Shown here: piece after piece, positions 26,362 through 41,200 of the stretch
How positions within the stretch are numbered: position 1 is the first letter of the stretch
How the letters are laid out: each line of letters opens with the position of its first letter
From: Octopus vulgaris
Taxonomy: Eukaryota
Direction of reading: 5' to 3'
Assembly (NCBI GenBank): GCA_951406725.2
Contig: OX597818.1
Coordinates: 61,380,001 to 61,444,000 of the forward strand
DNA: 64,000 nt
The notes under the pieces: model-generated
Seen by the model: only the letters and a program-made list of their open reading frames with translations
Database searches by the model: none
Told to the model about the DNA's origin: nothing
Position numbers and translations under genes: made by a program

Positions 26362-27069
26362 AGTTGAAGATATCAAACTAAGTTGTCTACAGTTTTTACA
26401 TTTCAGATCAAAGAGAAAAGACAAACATAAAAACCTACGCCTTATGACAAAAATGGATGCGTGTTTGTATGGGAGTACTTTATGATAGTGTTTAGCCCAA
26501 ACTGTGTGATGTTTAGGCTGATATAAACACTGATTTAATATACTATATAGACCAACCTGACTGGTTTTAAATCTTCTGTTAATATTTATCAGTAACCGAG
26601 TACCATCTTTAAATTTCTATAGAGACAGTACGTAGAAATCTACTATTGATAAATCAGAATGATATACATATACAATGCATTTTTGACAGTTAATTCGATT
26701 AAAAAGTCAACTGGTATATTAACAGTGTTTTGATTCAATGCTCTAAATATATATTATGCATTTGTAAGCAAGTATTATTGGTTTTACTTCTGATGAAACA
26801 GTTTCCAATGCAGAAACTGTCGGGGATGTGTGTGGGTGTGTAATTCAGGCAGAAGGAACACAGAAGGTATCTTTGTTCCAAGCAATGATGCATCAGAAAT
26901 TCCTCAATACACACACACACTTGATAGGTTTCCACACATTTTCTGTCTACAATATTTCAATAATAAGCAGTTTGTTAAGACTATACTCAAGCCATTCCCC
27001 AAATGTGCTCTGGCAGTGAATTTAAACCAGTTGTCTTCTAATCTAATGATGTATGCAAATCAGACGGGA

Positions 27070-27427
27070 ATCTGGTGCTTACCAGCCCTGGCCAAACCAT
27101 CCAAACCATGCTAGCATGGACAACAGACGCTAAATGATGATGAATGTTTATGATGATGATGCAAGTTGACACACACACACATACACCCACACATATCACT
27201 TACATGAAGTCAGGTGTACATGAGCATCATCATCATGATCATCATCGTTTAACGTCTGCTTTCCATGCTAGCATGGGTTGGACGGTTTTGACTGAGGGCT
27301 AGCGAACCAGATGGCTGCACCAGGCTCCAATCTTGATCTGGTAGAGTTTCTATAGCTCGATGCCCTTCCTAACACCAACCACTCCGAGAGTGTGTTGGGT
27401 GCTTTTTATGTGCCACTGGCACGGGAG
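27070..27427. mobile_element. Two SINE-A pieces tail-to-tail (+ fragment 27070-27160, minus copy 27225-27427)
   Basis: ccatgctagcatgg...gatgatg faces catcatc...ccatgctagcatggg. Confidence 0.85.
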
Positions 27428-27619
27428 CATATGTGCAGTTTATGTACACATCCACAGGCATTTATTTTTTTTTAATACTTTGATAGAATTATGAAGAATG
27501 GGCCAGTTTCTATGGGAGGAACAACGGTTTTATGAGAGCAATTTAGACATAATTAAAGAGTGCTGAAATTTAGAAACACTTTGTATATTTTCTCTTCTAC
27601 GCTTTTACAGAAAATCAAA

Positions 27620-28560
27620 CAGCAGATTGCTAATGTTAATTTCATCCCTGGTGAAGAGTGCTCCACCTCAATGTAGACCAGTGGTTAGAACCTCCAGAGA
27701 AACTGGAAGCTGAAAGAGCCAACAATTAGCAACAAATTTAGAGATATACTCATCAATGTATATGACAAGATAATGGAAACAGAAAATAACACAGAGTGAC
27801 TAAGGGTAACCTTTGGTTGGGACCAAGTTCCTGTCAAAAAGAGGAGAGCATGGTGGTGTAATATCTATACAGATAGAGAATAAAGGACAAAAAAGTTTGG
27901 AAAGACTGGCTAACAGTGGAGCAGCAATGAGAAATAATGAGTTACAAGATGGCAAGCAAAACATCAGGTATATCTCACGAGAAGACAAGTTTAGAGTAAG
28001 AAATAAACCAATGTTCTAAGGCAAAAGGATAGAGGTATAAGCTATTTGGGATTACAAGGCAGAGTACAAGAGAGAATCAGGAGATTGCTAGAGTAAAGTG
28101 TGTATGGAAAGTGGACAGCACTCTTGCTCTTACTGACTGAAAAGAAAGATGCATAGAAGTGCTTAGAGAAGATGAGGGACTTATGAGAGTTGTGCAAGTC
28201 ATGTGTAACACAGTAAGAATTAGTAATAAATATAGCAATGCATTCAGCATGAAGGTGTAGGTACACCAGGACTCTATAACCTCCAGGTTATAGAGTAATA
28301 GAAGATTGGTTGCCCATAGGAGCTTCTTTATGACTTATAACTGAATCTGTAATAAAATTAGAGAAGAAATTTCAAGCGGAAACAAAACCTGAATCATTCA
28401 AGAGGATTCAAAGTGAATTTAGTGAAGACTAAATTTATTAAAAAGTGAGAAACATTAAGCCCTGCTCCCTCCAGGGAAATGCCATTGCTCAATATAGCAA
28501 GTTTAAATGGTAGATGCAGATTAAATGGGATCACACTCCAAGGAGGCTGGCATCCAAGCA
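27620..28560 (+). mobile_element. Decayed RTE-clade LINE (endonuclease end, linker and RT fragments)
   Basis: Frameshifted translations: NFIPGEEC, NWKLKEP..KFRD, RRAWWCN, FSMKV*VHQDS (cf. F.V.VGVHQGS), GCP*ELLY, RGFKVNLVKTK. Confidence 0.75.
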
Positions 28561-29541
28561 GAGACATATTTTCTATATTGCAATAAGTGAAAACATCTAT
28601 TATAAAAATAATGCCTTAAAATTCTTGCAGAAAGTGAAGTAAAAGAAAACATAAATAATAACATTCCTGGGCGTAAAAAAACCCCCAAAAAACGCAAGTA
28701 AACTATAAAAACATAAGGAGTTCTGTAATGTTTCTATTGCAAATGGTATATGCCATAGGTCCTATATTTAGAAAGATAAAATGCTAGTGACTATTCACTC
28801 TTCTCAGTCACAGATAAAATGTGTACCCACTAATATTCAATTAAAAAAAAAAATTATACTAATTTTCAGGAACCAGTTAAACTAACAGAAATAAATGTTC
28901 TCTATAAAAGAGATTGGAGCAGACAGATTTGAATTATTTTTCTCCAAGTAAAATCAAAATACATGTTCATTAAAGAGATACTTGATAAATGTATGATTTG
29001 CCTCTCAGACACACACCCACACACACGAAAAACAAAAACAAACAAAAAAGTTTCAGCTTTTATTACTTTACACTTCATACATTTCTTGAGGTTGTTAACA
29101 TATAATATATGGCAGTCAATTATATTTGATCAGCCATGTGTGATATTTTATTTAATCTTCAGGGGAAAAAAAATATAACTTATAAGGAGGTACAGATATA
29201 TCTGTAAAGGCCTTTGTTTTGTTTACAAAGGATAACAAAAAAATTTCTCAAAACTAATTTTTATAAAATAATTACTGCCATTGCAATATTAATAGTTAGC
29301 TATTCAAAAAAATTTAATCTGGTTTTATTTTTGGTGACCTTTGATGAAATACTTTATTCTATATGTAATGAATTATATTATATATTAACATACATACGTA
29401 TATGTATGTACAACTGCAATACAGATTCAATTAAAATGGAATACTCTAAAACTTGCTCAAATATACTGGTCAGTTAAAAGTCACAAGAGACAGAAAAGGG
29501 GAATAACTTCTTGATGAGGTATTCATCAATACTAAAACAAG

Positions 29542-29771
29542 TTAACCCTTTCATTACTGTATTTATTTTGAGATGGTCTGTGTTTCTTTCAATTACTTTT
29601 AAATATAGCAAAGAATTTAGCAAAATAACTTAGTTATCACTAAGCTAGTGTTAGGAACATAAATTGTGACTAAGGTTTGGTGGAAGATTTTAATTCAAAA
29701 CTTATGTAAACAAGACATTTGTACTAAAGAGCCAGAGCCGGTTTCAGCCGGGTTGGTAACGAAAGGGTTAA
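29542..29771. mobile_element. piggyBac-type MITE family 1
   Basis: TTAA-ccctttcattac ... gtaacgaaaggg-TTAA; further copies at 34950, 35207 and 48793. Confidence 0.85.
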
Positions 29772-31409
29772 ATTGTTCCCCGAGTGAGCAAATCATGGAA
29801 ACCCTTTGCAGGTGCCCAATGAGCTAGAAAGAGCAGTAGCCCTCAAAATACACTTGACTACAGAACACATTTAATGATATGTAAAAAGACAAGGCAATCA
29901 TGTCTAGAATACCTTTCAACACAGGTTTGAGATCCTGACCATAGGCAATACAAACATTATCAACATAATCTTATAGGTTTGATCTTGTCACACATTCCAC
30001 CCTATAACTATTCATCTCCATATGAAATGTTCTTTATTTTTCGAAAATTCACTTTTGATGAAACACAATAATGCTCACTTTATTCTGAATGAAGAGAAGA
30101 ATAGAACACTGAGACACCTGACAATTTTTGCATCACCTAAAGAAACATGCTTTCTGTATTTTTTAGAGAGAGAGAGAGAGAAGGTAGAAAATCATTTCTG
30201 TTATACTTTTATCCACTGAAGGAGTACAATTTTAGCAAAGAGATAAGAATTCACAATCTTTAAACTTGGCTAATAAGAAGACTTGTTTTGTTCTTTTATT
30301 GCTGTGCTTTGTCATATATTTCTTAATAACCACACCAGTTACATATTATATCCCAAAGCTAAAGAATTTTGAGCTTTATTGTACCATTTTGAAATATTTT
30401 ACATATTTTCAGAAATCCCAATGAGGATTCGTGTTGCAAGGAACAATATCTCAATATTAAGAATTAACAGGCATTTTTTCCCTCTCCTATTTCTGTCATC
30501 TATATAGCCATAGCTCTTTTCTCTGATCAATTGTTTTCTAAAAGTTTTATTAAGTTATATTACAAATCTATTGCTGTACTTTTATGTTTTCATGGTGTAA
30601 ATAATTTCTACCATAAATGAAAAGAAACAATATTTAATATGACATGTTTGAACTGATAATTGATTTCCTGTCTGTATATGATAAATCGTCTAAATGTATT
30701 TCAAGATAGTAATGAAAAATGAGAGAGACAAAAAATTAAGAATGCTGGTAAGCTATTATGGAATAGGACTGTGTATTCATAATCTATTTTCTTGTTTACT
30801 AGATATCATTTATAAATATATAAACTTATTTTATACTTATATTTACATTTATAAAGTATTATTGCTTTCCTTATAACCGACAAGTCATTTTCGATATATA
30901 CAAGTTTGATATATGTGATATGGGAATTCATTTACATGTCAGAATCTACTACTTCCAAGAATTAGATTTATGCAAGAAAAATCCACATTTACGAAATTTA
31001 TTATGTGTGAAGGCAAAAGTTGTTATATGCGTCATGTATGGTAGTGATAATGGCAACGATAATTATTCCAGTTTAAGAGAATGCTAGACTGAGAAAGTAT
31101 GTACAGCACATTGTTTATACCAAATTGCAGAAGGTCAATTGAAATCAAATATAATCCTGTTCTTGTACAAATGGAAGGTTTTTGATGATGATTTTGGTTG
31201 GGCAATTTATTTTGTAACTTAAATGTATTTTAATATCTGCCTAGAATGCATGAAATAAGTCATTATTTATTTCCCATTGTGCAATTTTTTTTTTCTTCCT
31301 GTTTTACATTCTCTTCAGTTCATTTTCTACTCTTCATGACTTAATTCAAAAAGTCTACCTTCATAAAAAAGAATTCCACTAAGAAACCAAATAAAAATAA
31401 GTCACAGCC

Positions 31410-31681
31410 TTGCCTGGCCCCCGTGCCGGTGGCACGTAAAAGCACCATCCGTTCATGGCCGTTTGCCAGCTCCGTCTGGCACCTGTGCGGGTGGCACGTA
31501 AAAAGCACCCACTACACTCACGGAATGGTTGGCGTGAGGAAGAGCATCCAGCCGTAGAAACACTGCCAGATCAGACTGGGCCTGATGCAGCCTTCAGCTT
31601 CACAGACCCCAGTTGAACCGTCCAACCCATGCTAGCATGGAAAGCGGACGCTAAAATGATGATGATGATGATGATGATGAT
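31410..31681 (+). mobile_element. SINE-A with 2 hairpin units
   Basis: Core and (GAT)n tail. Confidence 0.9.
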
Positions 31682-33137
31682 CTTAACCTTATTTTTTCAT
31701 TTCTAAAATCCTAGCAAACAGTCTGGTCAGCTAAGGACAATGAGAGAAATTATCAGTCTAATATTTATTCTAAATATAAGAAATTGAAATATAATTGGAA
31801 CTGAAATAAATAGACCAACATGGAATTACAAAGGGAAACTGAAGAAACACCTTATATTCAATTATATATTAACTAGGACTGTATTATTCCATAGAAAGAT
31901 TCTGTCTTGTTAATTTTTATTCACCTTTCACTGCAAATTTCAATAGTTGTCCACAATAAATCTATTAACAGAATTATCTAACACTTCTTAGGATTACCAA
32001 AAAGTTAACCATTTATTGAAAAGTTAATTTTTTGGAGAAGTCTCTCAGGAAATGTTATCTAGTCACTTCCATTCTAACTTTATCAATTCTGTCTGCTGAC
32101 CAATGTGTGATTGATAAATTTAAGAGATTGAAGCAGAGATTCCCCTGACTCGTGATAAACAGCTGCCTCTGTAAATTCTACCAACTTTGAAACTCTACAA
32201 TATATTCCATTATCAATATGGTCAGCCAGTAATAAGTTTCACTTGTGATGTTCATGATTTTAAAGGAACCCTATATTGGTTCAAATTTTGTATCATAAAT
32301 GAAAATGTGGCCTTATATATAAAATTAATTTTCAAAACATATTTTTACCCCCAAGAGGAGAACACTTAAGATATTTTAAATACTTCTTGATGTATTTGCA
32401 TAATGCATATTTGTAACTCACAAATTCCAAATTTAGAGGTATGGCATGCTTTACTGTTACCTAAAAAATATTTCACACCATTAGAATACATTATTGGGGA
32501 GGGAAATAATCAGATCAACTTGACCGATTGCCTTTATTTACAAATGAATTTATGCCATTGTAATTATCATTGCTATCTTGTCTCTTTAAAAACAAAAATA
32601 AACTACCTGAAATTCTTTCGTTCATAGACTTTTAACATTGGTGAAATTATGAATTCAGCTCTGAACAAGATTATTTCTTTAAGCCAATGCTTCAAAAACC
32701 GTAGGTTTACACACGCAGACACATACATGTCTACATAAACAGTAGGTTTACTACTACTCTTCACACTAGTGCAGTGGATGACTTTAATACATGAATGGAA
32801 ATACCCCAAAAATTTCAGCAACTCTTAAATTATACTTTTGTTTACAATTTATGTGCATAGATATTATTATTTACTTACATTTCAAAGTCTATTTTAATAA
32901 CAGTTGTTCCTATTACTATCGACAGTGTCTTTGTGATTGAAGTTAACAAAACAGATCGTCATAATTCTTACATTTAATTATTTTTTTAAAGTTTATACTT
33001 AACTTGGAAACAGTAACTACAAAGCTGTACATAAGCATGTCACTCCCTACTCTGGAGCCCCTTTCTTTCCAGTACCCATACAAAATTTTCCATTACTCTC
33101 CAGTTAGAGGTACTACTTGCCTTGAGAAGTAAAGGGT

Positions 33138-33365
33138 TTAATCCTTTGGCATTTAAACCAGCCACATCTGGCCCAAATATTCCACCTGTTTTATGCTTAA
33201 ACTGGCCAGCTCTGGCCTCTCACATCTATCCTACAATATCATTCTCAAAATATACAATCCTATCACTGAAATCTCAAAGCAACAAGATAATGCATGATTA
33301 ATTCAAAACAATGTGGATGAATAAGTATTACATTTGACACAGTAATCCGAATGCTAAGGGGTTAA
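33138..33365. mobile_element. piggyBac-type MITE family 2
   Basis: TTAA-tcctttggcatt ... aatgctaagggg-TTAA. Confidence 0.65.
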
Positions 33366-33754
33366 GTGGAGAAACTACAGAGATATTCATCACAGCAATT
33401 GAGTACGCTTCTCAGACTCTATATATCAATGTCAAATTGTGAGGAGAGGATTTCTTTGCAATCACATAAGTTTTATGTTTGTTTCTATAGCTTATACGAA
33501 ACAAAGTGATTATAGTAATTTGAAAAGAAATGCATCATAGTCAACCATGCGTTGTTATGATATAAATTTATGGAAACAAATATTTTGCTTACTTGAAGCA
33601 GATAAACAATAGCAAAGAGTCAACACCTCTGCATGTATGAGTCAGACAAATTCATATTCCATGTAGTAGTTTCATTTATGGTACTACTCAGAAAAGTTTC
33701 AATATTAGGTAGTGTTCTTGCTTAAGTTTACTGTAATATTCTAATATAATATTT

Positions 33755-33999
33755 CCATGCCGGTGGCACATAAAAAGCACCAACCGATCGTGACCGTTGC
33801 CAGCCTCACCTGGCACATAAAAAGCACCCACTACACTCATGGAGTGATTGGCATTAGGAAGGGCATTCAGCTGTAGAAACACTGCCAGATTGGACAGGAG
33901 CCTGGTGCAGCCTCCTGGCTTCCCAGACCCCGGTCGAACCGTCCAACCCATGCTAGCATGGAAAACGGACGTTAAACAATGATGATGATGATGATGATG
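33755..33999 (+). mobile_element. SINE-A
   Basis: Core and (GAT)n tail. Confidence 0.9.
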
Positions 34000-34168
34000 A
34001 CTGCCGACTTCTAGATGAAAACTCCTTCCTTCTATAGCATTTTCGAACATGTTACTGTGGCATATATTTCTCAAAAGGATTTTTTCATCACACAATCGGC
34101 AGAGCATTTCAGTCTAGTGCCACAACAGAGATTATGCTTTCTTCACATATTACGTACATTTTGTTGCT

Positions 34169-34553
34169 TGTGGAGGCGCAATGGCCCAGTGGTTAGGGCA
34201 GCGGACTCGCGGTCATAGGATCACGGTTTCGATTCCCAGACCGGGCGTTGCGAGTGTTTATTGAGCGAAAACACCTAAAGTTCCATGAGGCTCCGGCAGG
34301 GGGTGGTGGTGATCCCTGCTGTACTCTTTCACCACAACTTTCTCTCACTCTTACTTCCTGTTTCTGTTGTACCTGTATTTCAAGGGGCCGGCCTTGTCAC
34401 TCTCTGTGTCATGCTGAATATCCCCGAGAACTACGTTAAGGGTACATGTGTCTGTGGAGTGCTCAGCCACATACACGTTAATTTCACGAGCAGGCTGTTC
34501 CGTTGATTCAGATCAACCGGAACCCTTGTCGTCGTAACCGACGGAGTGCTTCC
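34169..34553 (+). mobile_element. tRNA-derived SINE-D with TSD
   Basis: tRNA-like head ggcccagtggttagggcagcggactcgcggtcataggatcacggtttcgattccc; flanking acattttgttgct / acatttcgttgct (13-bp TSD, 1 mismatch). Confidence 0.85.
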
Positions 34554-34949
34554 ACATTTCGTTGCTATATTGCATAAACTATTGGGACATTCAATCAAGG
34601 ACTGTTTTACATACGTGTGTGTCTCTCATTTATATACTATCAGTTATTGTTTGTAGCAAACATCTGAGTAAACCAGATTTGCTAGAGTTTAACAATTGAG
34701 ACTCCCTAGTGCTGCATATAAGTATGTGTATTTGTGGTGAATGTTGATATCCCATAGTTTCACTCAAATGAAATGGTGAATGTTTACACTCCTTAGGACA
34801 GGTGGCTCTTTGCTTTCAAAGACCCCTGGAACAAAAATTCTTTCACTTGAAAAACAGGTGAGGGATAGCAACAAGAAGAGCATCCAACTGTAAAATTCCT
34901 CCTCAAATATGCCCAATGTCCAACACCTGTTACCATGGGAATGCACTCA

Positions 34950-35434
34950 TTAACCTTTCCATTACTGTATTTATTTTGTGATGCTCTGTGTCTTTCAATT
35001 CATTTTAAATATAACAAAGAATTTAGTAAAATAACTTCGTTATCCTTAAGCTGGTGTTAGGAACATAAATTGTGACTAAAGTTTGGTGGAAGATTTTAAT
35101 TCAAAACTTATGGAAACAAGACATTTGTACTACAGAACCAGAACTGGAATGGGTTTCAGCCAAGTCGGTATCAAAAAGGTTAAGAATTGTTTCTCTATTA
35201 TATATTTTAAGCTTTTTGTTATCATATTTCTGTTGAGATGCTTTGTATCTCTTTCAATTAATTTTAAATATAACAAAGAATTTAGTAAAATAACTTAGTT
35301 ATCATTAGCAGGTGTTAGGAATATAAATTGTGACTAAGGTTTGGTGGAAGATTTTAATTCAGAACTTTTGAAAACAAGACATTTGTACTACAGGGCAGAG
35401 GCGGTTTCAGCCGAGTTGGTATTGAAAGGGTAAA
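34950..35434. mobile_element. Two adjacent piggyBac-type MITE family 1 copies (34950-35183, 35207-35434)
   Basis: Same internal sequence as 29542-29771; TTAA at most ends. Confidence 0.85.
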
Positions 35435-37877
35435 AGAAACGAACTTACATGAACTTTTTAGAGTTCCACAGCTATTCAGTTAATTGGAAGAAACCCTTTC
35501 AAAATATCAAGTATTTTGCAACATAAATTGGTGTACTTACAGATAAATAATTCCTGCACATTAGGGACAGGAGTGAATTGATTTGGAAGAAACTTTGTTC
35601 AGTAATTTTCTGTTTTAAATTATTTTTGCAACACAATTTAGTAAAACATAGCAAAACATGATTGAAAATAATTTGAAAGCGATATCAATAGCTGAATGAC
35701 TTTAATAAGGGAGTAATATTTTATATTATTATTATAGACATTCTGTCATTTATAAATGTGAATGTACTTAAAATGTGTAAAATCACATGTATTTCCTTCT
35801 TTTTGTAAATAAAACAATTATTAAACATTCACTCATTTTTATTTAATATACATCATATTAATATAATTGCTCTGAAAACAATACAAACTCAATACAAGAT
35901 TTAAGGCATCTATCTCATCAATCTTGTATTATCCCTGTTCAAATTTGTTGGGTTAGAGATTTAAAATGTGACATTTCTGTTTGCATTTTATGACATATTT
36001 CCCTGATGGATAGTTATCAAGGAAGTATTATAAAAGAGTTTAACTCTACTTAAAAATTGGAAAAAGAAACAAATTAAATTAAACCTTTGGTTTTTGCCTA
36101 CCAACACCACATTGTACTTTTGTATTATGACAAAATGAAAATATAATCATTTGAAACAGTGTTAACTCGAATTATAAATTTCATAAATATATTGCATCTA
36201 AATTTATATTCTATCTTTTAAGATTCTATTCAAAATGAGCTGATAAAACACAGAAGATAAAAATTCTGTTTCCTTAAAACAAGGAGAAATTCTATTACTA
36301 CTACTACTACTAAAGTCGATTTATTCAAGCTTGTTTAATCAATAATTCCTTGAATGATGATGAAACATCAAAGTTTGCCTAGTTTGCATTACTATTGGTA
36401 TTGAACCATAGAAGTTGCCATCCAAAACTCAAATTGCTACCCTAAAAAAAAAAATCATTATTAATCTGTCAAATACCGGAGATCAAATATTTTTCTAAGC
36501 TGACATGTGTTGCTATGGTAAAATGGGTGAAATCCTTTCAGATCAAGATTGGGAAATCTCAAAGAAAACATATAAGATTTTTTTTCCCTCTAATTACATA
36601 GGAAGATCTTTGATTACTGTAAGTCATTTGTGTAGTTTTTATCAGTAATTAATTTTAATCAGTTATTTGTTACATGCCAAAATAATATTCACATTCCAAG
36701 TCCTTTTTTCATCTATCTGAGTTCCATCCTAAAACAAAGATGTGAAGATTGAAGAAAAAGGAAAAAAAAAAGCTTCAGAGCATGAGAGAGGTAAAAAAAA
36801 CCAGGCAAAAGGATTAATTGAGATATTGCATTATCAGAATGGGTCATATCAGTTCTCTACAGATTGTACTAAAGAAGGGGTCTATGGACACTACTAGCTA
36901 AAGAGGGTGATAATTAGGCGCATCGAAGATAGTTGTGACCTATGAACCAGTAGAAGTTCTTAAAAACAATCTAAAAATGTAAATGCGTAAAGTAGTTAGA
37001 GTATATAGAATACAAGGCATGGAAATGTGATATTGATAGATAACAGAAAAGCAGAGATGTGTAAGAAGCAATTTATCAAAATTCAGTGTTGATACAAAAC
37101 TGAGAGTGACAAGAAGACATGGAAAATAGAATATATAGGATGGAACACATATAAACTGAAAAATGATTAAACGTAGATCAATACTGAAGTAGCAGAAAGA
37201 TATATGGCAGAGATATATACTCTCAATGTAGATCCATATTACCAAACAGCATTGATTTTACTGCCTAGAAGGGCAACCGACCAGTAGAATGGAAGAGAAA
37301 AACAGCAAAAGAATTGTTGCAAGTGGTTCTTAAAAGCAAGATTAAAGTATAATGACAACCACCGCAAGCTTTTACTCTCACACAAGCACACCCATTCTTC
37401 ACACACTCAGGCCATATTTTGTGAAGGGTGTGTGATTAAGAATGAAAGTATGGTTGAACACAGAAATGCATTTACTTGCAGGAATATATACAAATACATG
37501 TAATATATATCCACACAGAAATACGTGGATTAAAAATACAGACATTTCAAAATTAGTAGTCTCAACACACAGTCTTATACACTAATTACTCACTTCCTGT
37601 TTGCATTTCTCTAAATTTCTTGTAATGTAATAGCTACCATATAATTGGGGAGACGTAATTTCAAGTTGATATATACGAAAGATGCATGGTAAGATGGAGC
37701 AGTTAGTGAAAATAATCAAAGTAGACTCCATATTATTGTCAGAGCTCTGAAAAAAAATAAAGGGTTTAGCCTTTGGCATTTCAGTTCTATTGACATGAGG
37801 CTTTTAGAAAAAGACTGCAATGTAGGTAAAGAAAAAACAGAAAGAGAGAAACTAAAATGCAACAGACTGATATGGTG

Positions 37878-39270
37878 TACAAAGTGGCATCAAAAAGTTC
37901 CTGGAATAGTTCCATAGTGCACCAACATATGGCAGCACAAGGTTGTGTGTGCAGTGGCAGCTCACACTGGCCTTCATGTTATAAGGGTGAAGTTACCTCA
38001 GAACATGTATGGAGAAAATGTGAAAGCAATTTCGATCGACAAAGAAGAATATAGCAGGTTGAAAGAAAAATGGAATTTTGAACTGCCAGGATTCGTGGTG
38101 GAGTTCAATGAACAACCACCAGTAGTTGAATTCAGCGAAATAGAGCCATATATAAGGTATTAAAAAAAAAGAGGAAATTGTGGTTTAAGAAAGCGAGGAA
38201 TAAAAGGAAAAAAAAAAGAGTAAAACAAAACGATGCTAATAGGAAAAAACACTGAAAATGATTATAAACGAGAAGTAAGAACGTTCAAATGGTACTGCAT
38301 GTGTGTGGGGTACATGCAGCCATTTCATCACCATTGACTTCATTGTACATTTCAACATTTTTCATTCATTTTATGTTTTTGTCCCCACTGAGATGTTCTG
38401 TCTGTCTTTGTGTTGTCCCCTCTGTGTTATGGCTGTAGTGCCAAATAAAGAGATTACAGTGACCTTCATGAGTCAGTGTGTTGAGCGACATCAGAGTGTT
38501 TACTTCACAAGTTGTGAAATTTGTGTTTTTGTGATCACGTGTATGCTGTAGTCTGTGATTGTCATGCACAGGAAGTTGCAACAAAGAACCAATGTGAAAT
38601 TTTGCATTAAACTTGGGAAGTCTGCTACAGAGACATTTTGAACATGCTTCAGCAAGGTTACAGCACCAAGGCAATGGATTGTACATAATGTTTCAAGTGA
38701 CAAAGGTGCTTGAAAAGAGAAGGAACATCCCTGGAAGATGATGAGCAATCTGGAAGACCTGCTACAAGCATCATCCCCAGAAATGTAATATTGTGCATCT
38801 GGAATTCGTCCCCCAGGACCAGACCATCAATCAAGAGTTCTATGGTGACATTTTGAAGTGTTTGAGGTAGGATGTTCAGTGAAAGCAACTGGATCTGTGT
38901 AGAGTGAAGAACTGGATTCTTCACTGAGCTCTCGTCACTCATGAGCTACTTGCCAAAAACAACATGATAACCCTTCCGTACCCACCCTATTCCCCAGATC
39001 CCTGCAGACTTCCATCTCTTCTCCAAGATGAAAATGCAGCTCAAACGTTGCAGTTTTAACACCACCGTCAAGATCCAGAGCAAATTGCAAAAGCTCTTCG
39101 CCTTACGGAAAACAACTTCCAGGCCAGGGTCTGAAAGTGGCAGGAATACTGGGACCAGTGTATTGCTGTGCAAGGTAATTACTTCGAAGGAGATGATGTT
39201 AAAATTTAGGTAAATAAGTTATTTTTTATTAAACGTAACAAGCCCAAGAATCTTTTGACACTACCTTGTA
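37878..39270 (+). mobile_element. Mariner (Tc1/mariner) element remnant with degenerate transposase
   Basis: Imperfect TIRs TAcaaagtggcatcaaaaagttc / gaatcttttgacactaccttgTA. Translations: KLQQRTNVKFCIKLGKSATET, LEDDEQSGRP, PPYSPD..ADFHLFSKMKMQLK. Confidence 0.9.
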
Positions 39271-39905
39271 CAGTGTATAACAGAAAATAAAAAGTGAGAG
39301 ATGCAGCAAATTAATCTAGAATGTTCAGTACCTGTGAAAGATTACAAATTTTGAAGCCATAGCTAAACCTCAAAATGAAATCCAATATATTAAAGTAGAT
39401 ATATTCTTATCAAGGTAAAATGAAAGTTCAGAACTGACACCTGAAGCTGCGATGCTGGCAACAGAATTTGAAAGTGCAAGATTCTATTTCTTTTGCAAAT
39501 GAAAAGTGAGGTCAAATAAGTTTATTATAAGCTTCCATGTGACTGAAAGCTTCCATGTGACTGAAAGCAGACAAGGTTATCAAATGAATCTATTAAACTG
39601 AGGAGAAGAAAAAAATAAGGTCCATAAAATAATTAGTAAGATATTTAAAGAATTAACATATCCTAATTAGTAACAATAAGAAATGGAGCTATAGAACAAG
39701 AGGAAGCAAAAAGCTCACTGAGGGAATAGAATTCTTTTTATCCATTCAAAATTATAGAACAGAAATATTCCTGTATTCGAAACAAAAGAAAAGCTGGAGC
39801 ACTAAGGAAACTCCTATTCCAAAATGAAATAATGATGTTCCAATCATTGTTGCAATCAAACTCTGGGATCTGAGACTTCCATCTACACTGGCATCACTCT
39901 ATGTA

Positions 39906-40060
39906 TCATCATCATCATAATCATCATCATTTAGCGTCCGCTTTCCATGCTAGCATGGGTTGGACGGTTCAACTCGGGTCTGGGAAGCCAGAAGGCTGCA
40001 CCCGACCCAGTCTGATCTGGCAGTGTTTCTACAGCTGGATGCCCTTCCTAACGCCAACCC
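39906..40060 (-). mobile_element. SINE-A (5'-truncated)
   Basis: (CAT)n and core. Confidence 0.88.
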
Positions 40061-40619
40061 TCCTAACACCAACTATGTATGGTGTACACATTTCCACACA
40101 CCAATCTGTACTAGATTACATGCTCAATTAAACAGATATGATAAAACAGATCAATTCAATTTTATGAAACAGACAATGAAACCTGTTCTGGTTCCTGGTC
40201 CTAACCAGCTCCTCTCACACTGTCAAACCCATGCCAGCAAGGAAAATGGATATGAAATGTTAATGATCATGATAATGATTTCATATTTCCTTTCATACTT
40301 CAATTACATGCAATAGTATTTTTCAAATCAAAAATGTAAAGATAATATGTTTTGGCAAAATGAAAATAAGAGATATAATACAATAACAGGAAAATGTTGT
40401 TATGATATTAAACAGAAATTATTACTAATTACAATAGTTTAATTAAGTGTTTTATAAAAATGTTCCCAAATTAATTAACACTGTAAAAATGTAAACAAGG
40501 AAATTGCTATGAAGACGAATGCACCATCAGGAAAAACTAACATTAAGGAGTGAATTAAGCAAGGCTGATCCTTAGAATTGAATCAAATATTAGAAAATAA
40601 AGCTAAAAAAAATATCATG

Positions 40620-41200
40620 ATTTTATCTTTTATCTTATACTCGTTTCAATCATGAGACTGAATGGTCATGCTGGAGCACTGCTTTGAAAGGTGTAGTCAA
40701 ACAGATGAATTCTGATTCATTTTTTTTACCTTTTGAAGTCTTGTACGTTATCTATCTCTTTTGCCAGACTGTTTGTTATGTTACATACAAGGACGTAAGC
40801 AAAGCATCACCAATGTTAAGCAGAGATGAAGGGAACTTAAACACACACACACATCCTTGGCCTCCATACAGTTTCCTATTTCTTTATTACCATTAGATTG
40901 ACCCCTGTGCATAACTGGTACTTAATTTATCGACCCTGAAAGGATGAAAGGCAAAGTCGACCTTGGCAGAATTTGAACTCAGAACGTAACGACAGACAAA
41001 ATACCACTAAGCATTTCGCCCGGCGTGCTAATGTTTCTGCCAGCTCGCCACCTCCATACAGTTCCCATGTACCAAATTCACTGACAAGGCATTGGTTGGC
41101 TAGGAGATGTAGTACAAGACACTTTCCCAAGGTGCATAGTAGTGGAACTGAACCTTAAACCACATGATACCAAAGTGGGTTCCTTAACCACACAGGCATT
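40620..41200 (-). mobile_element. Old SINE-B with SINE-C (40897-41052) inserted
   Basis: Decayed SINE-B halves flank a SINE-C; cctccatacagttt/cc occurs on both sides of the insert. Confidence 0.7.

Noticed and set aside
34180-34250. Functional tRNA gene
   Set aside because: The tRNA-like head continues into a SINE body bounded by a TSD, and I could not find a proper acceptor stem. The same applies to the SINE-B and SINE-C heads.
39530-39569. 18-bp tandem duplication (aagcttccatgtgactga)x2
   Set aside because: An ordinary slippage duplication.
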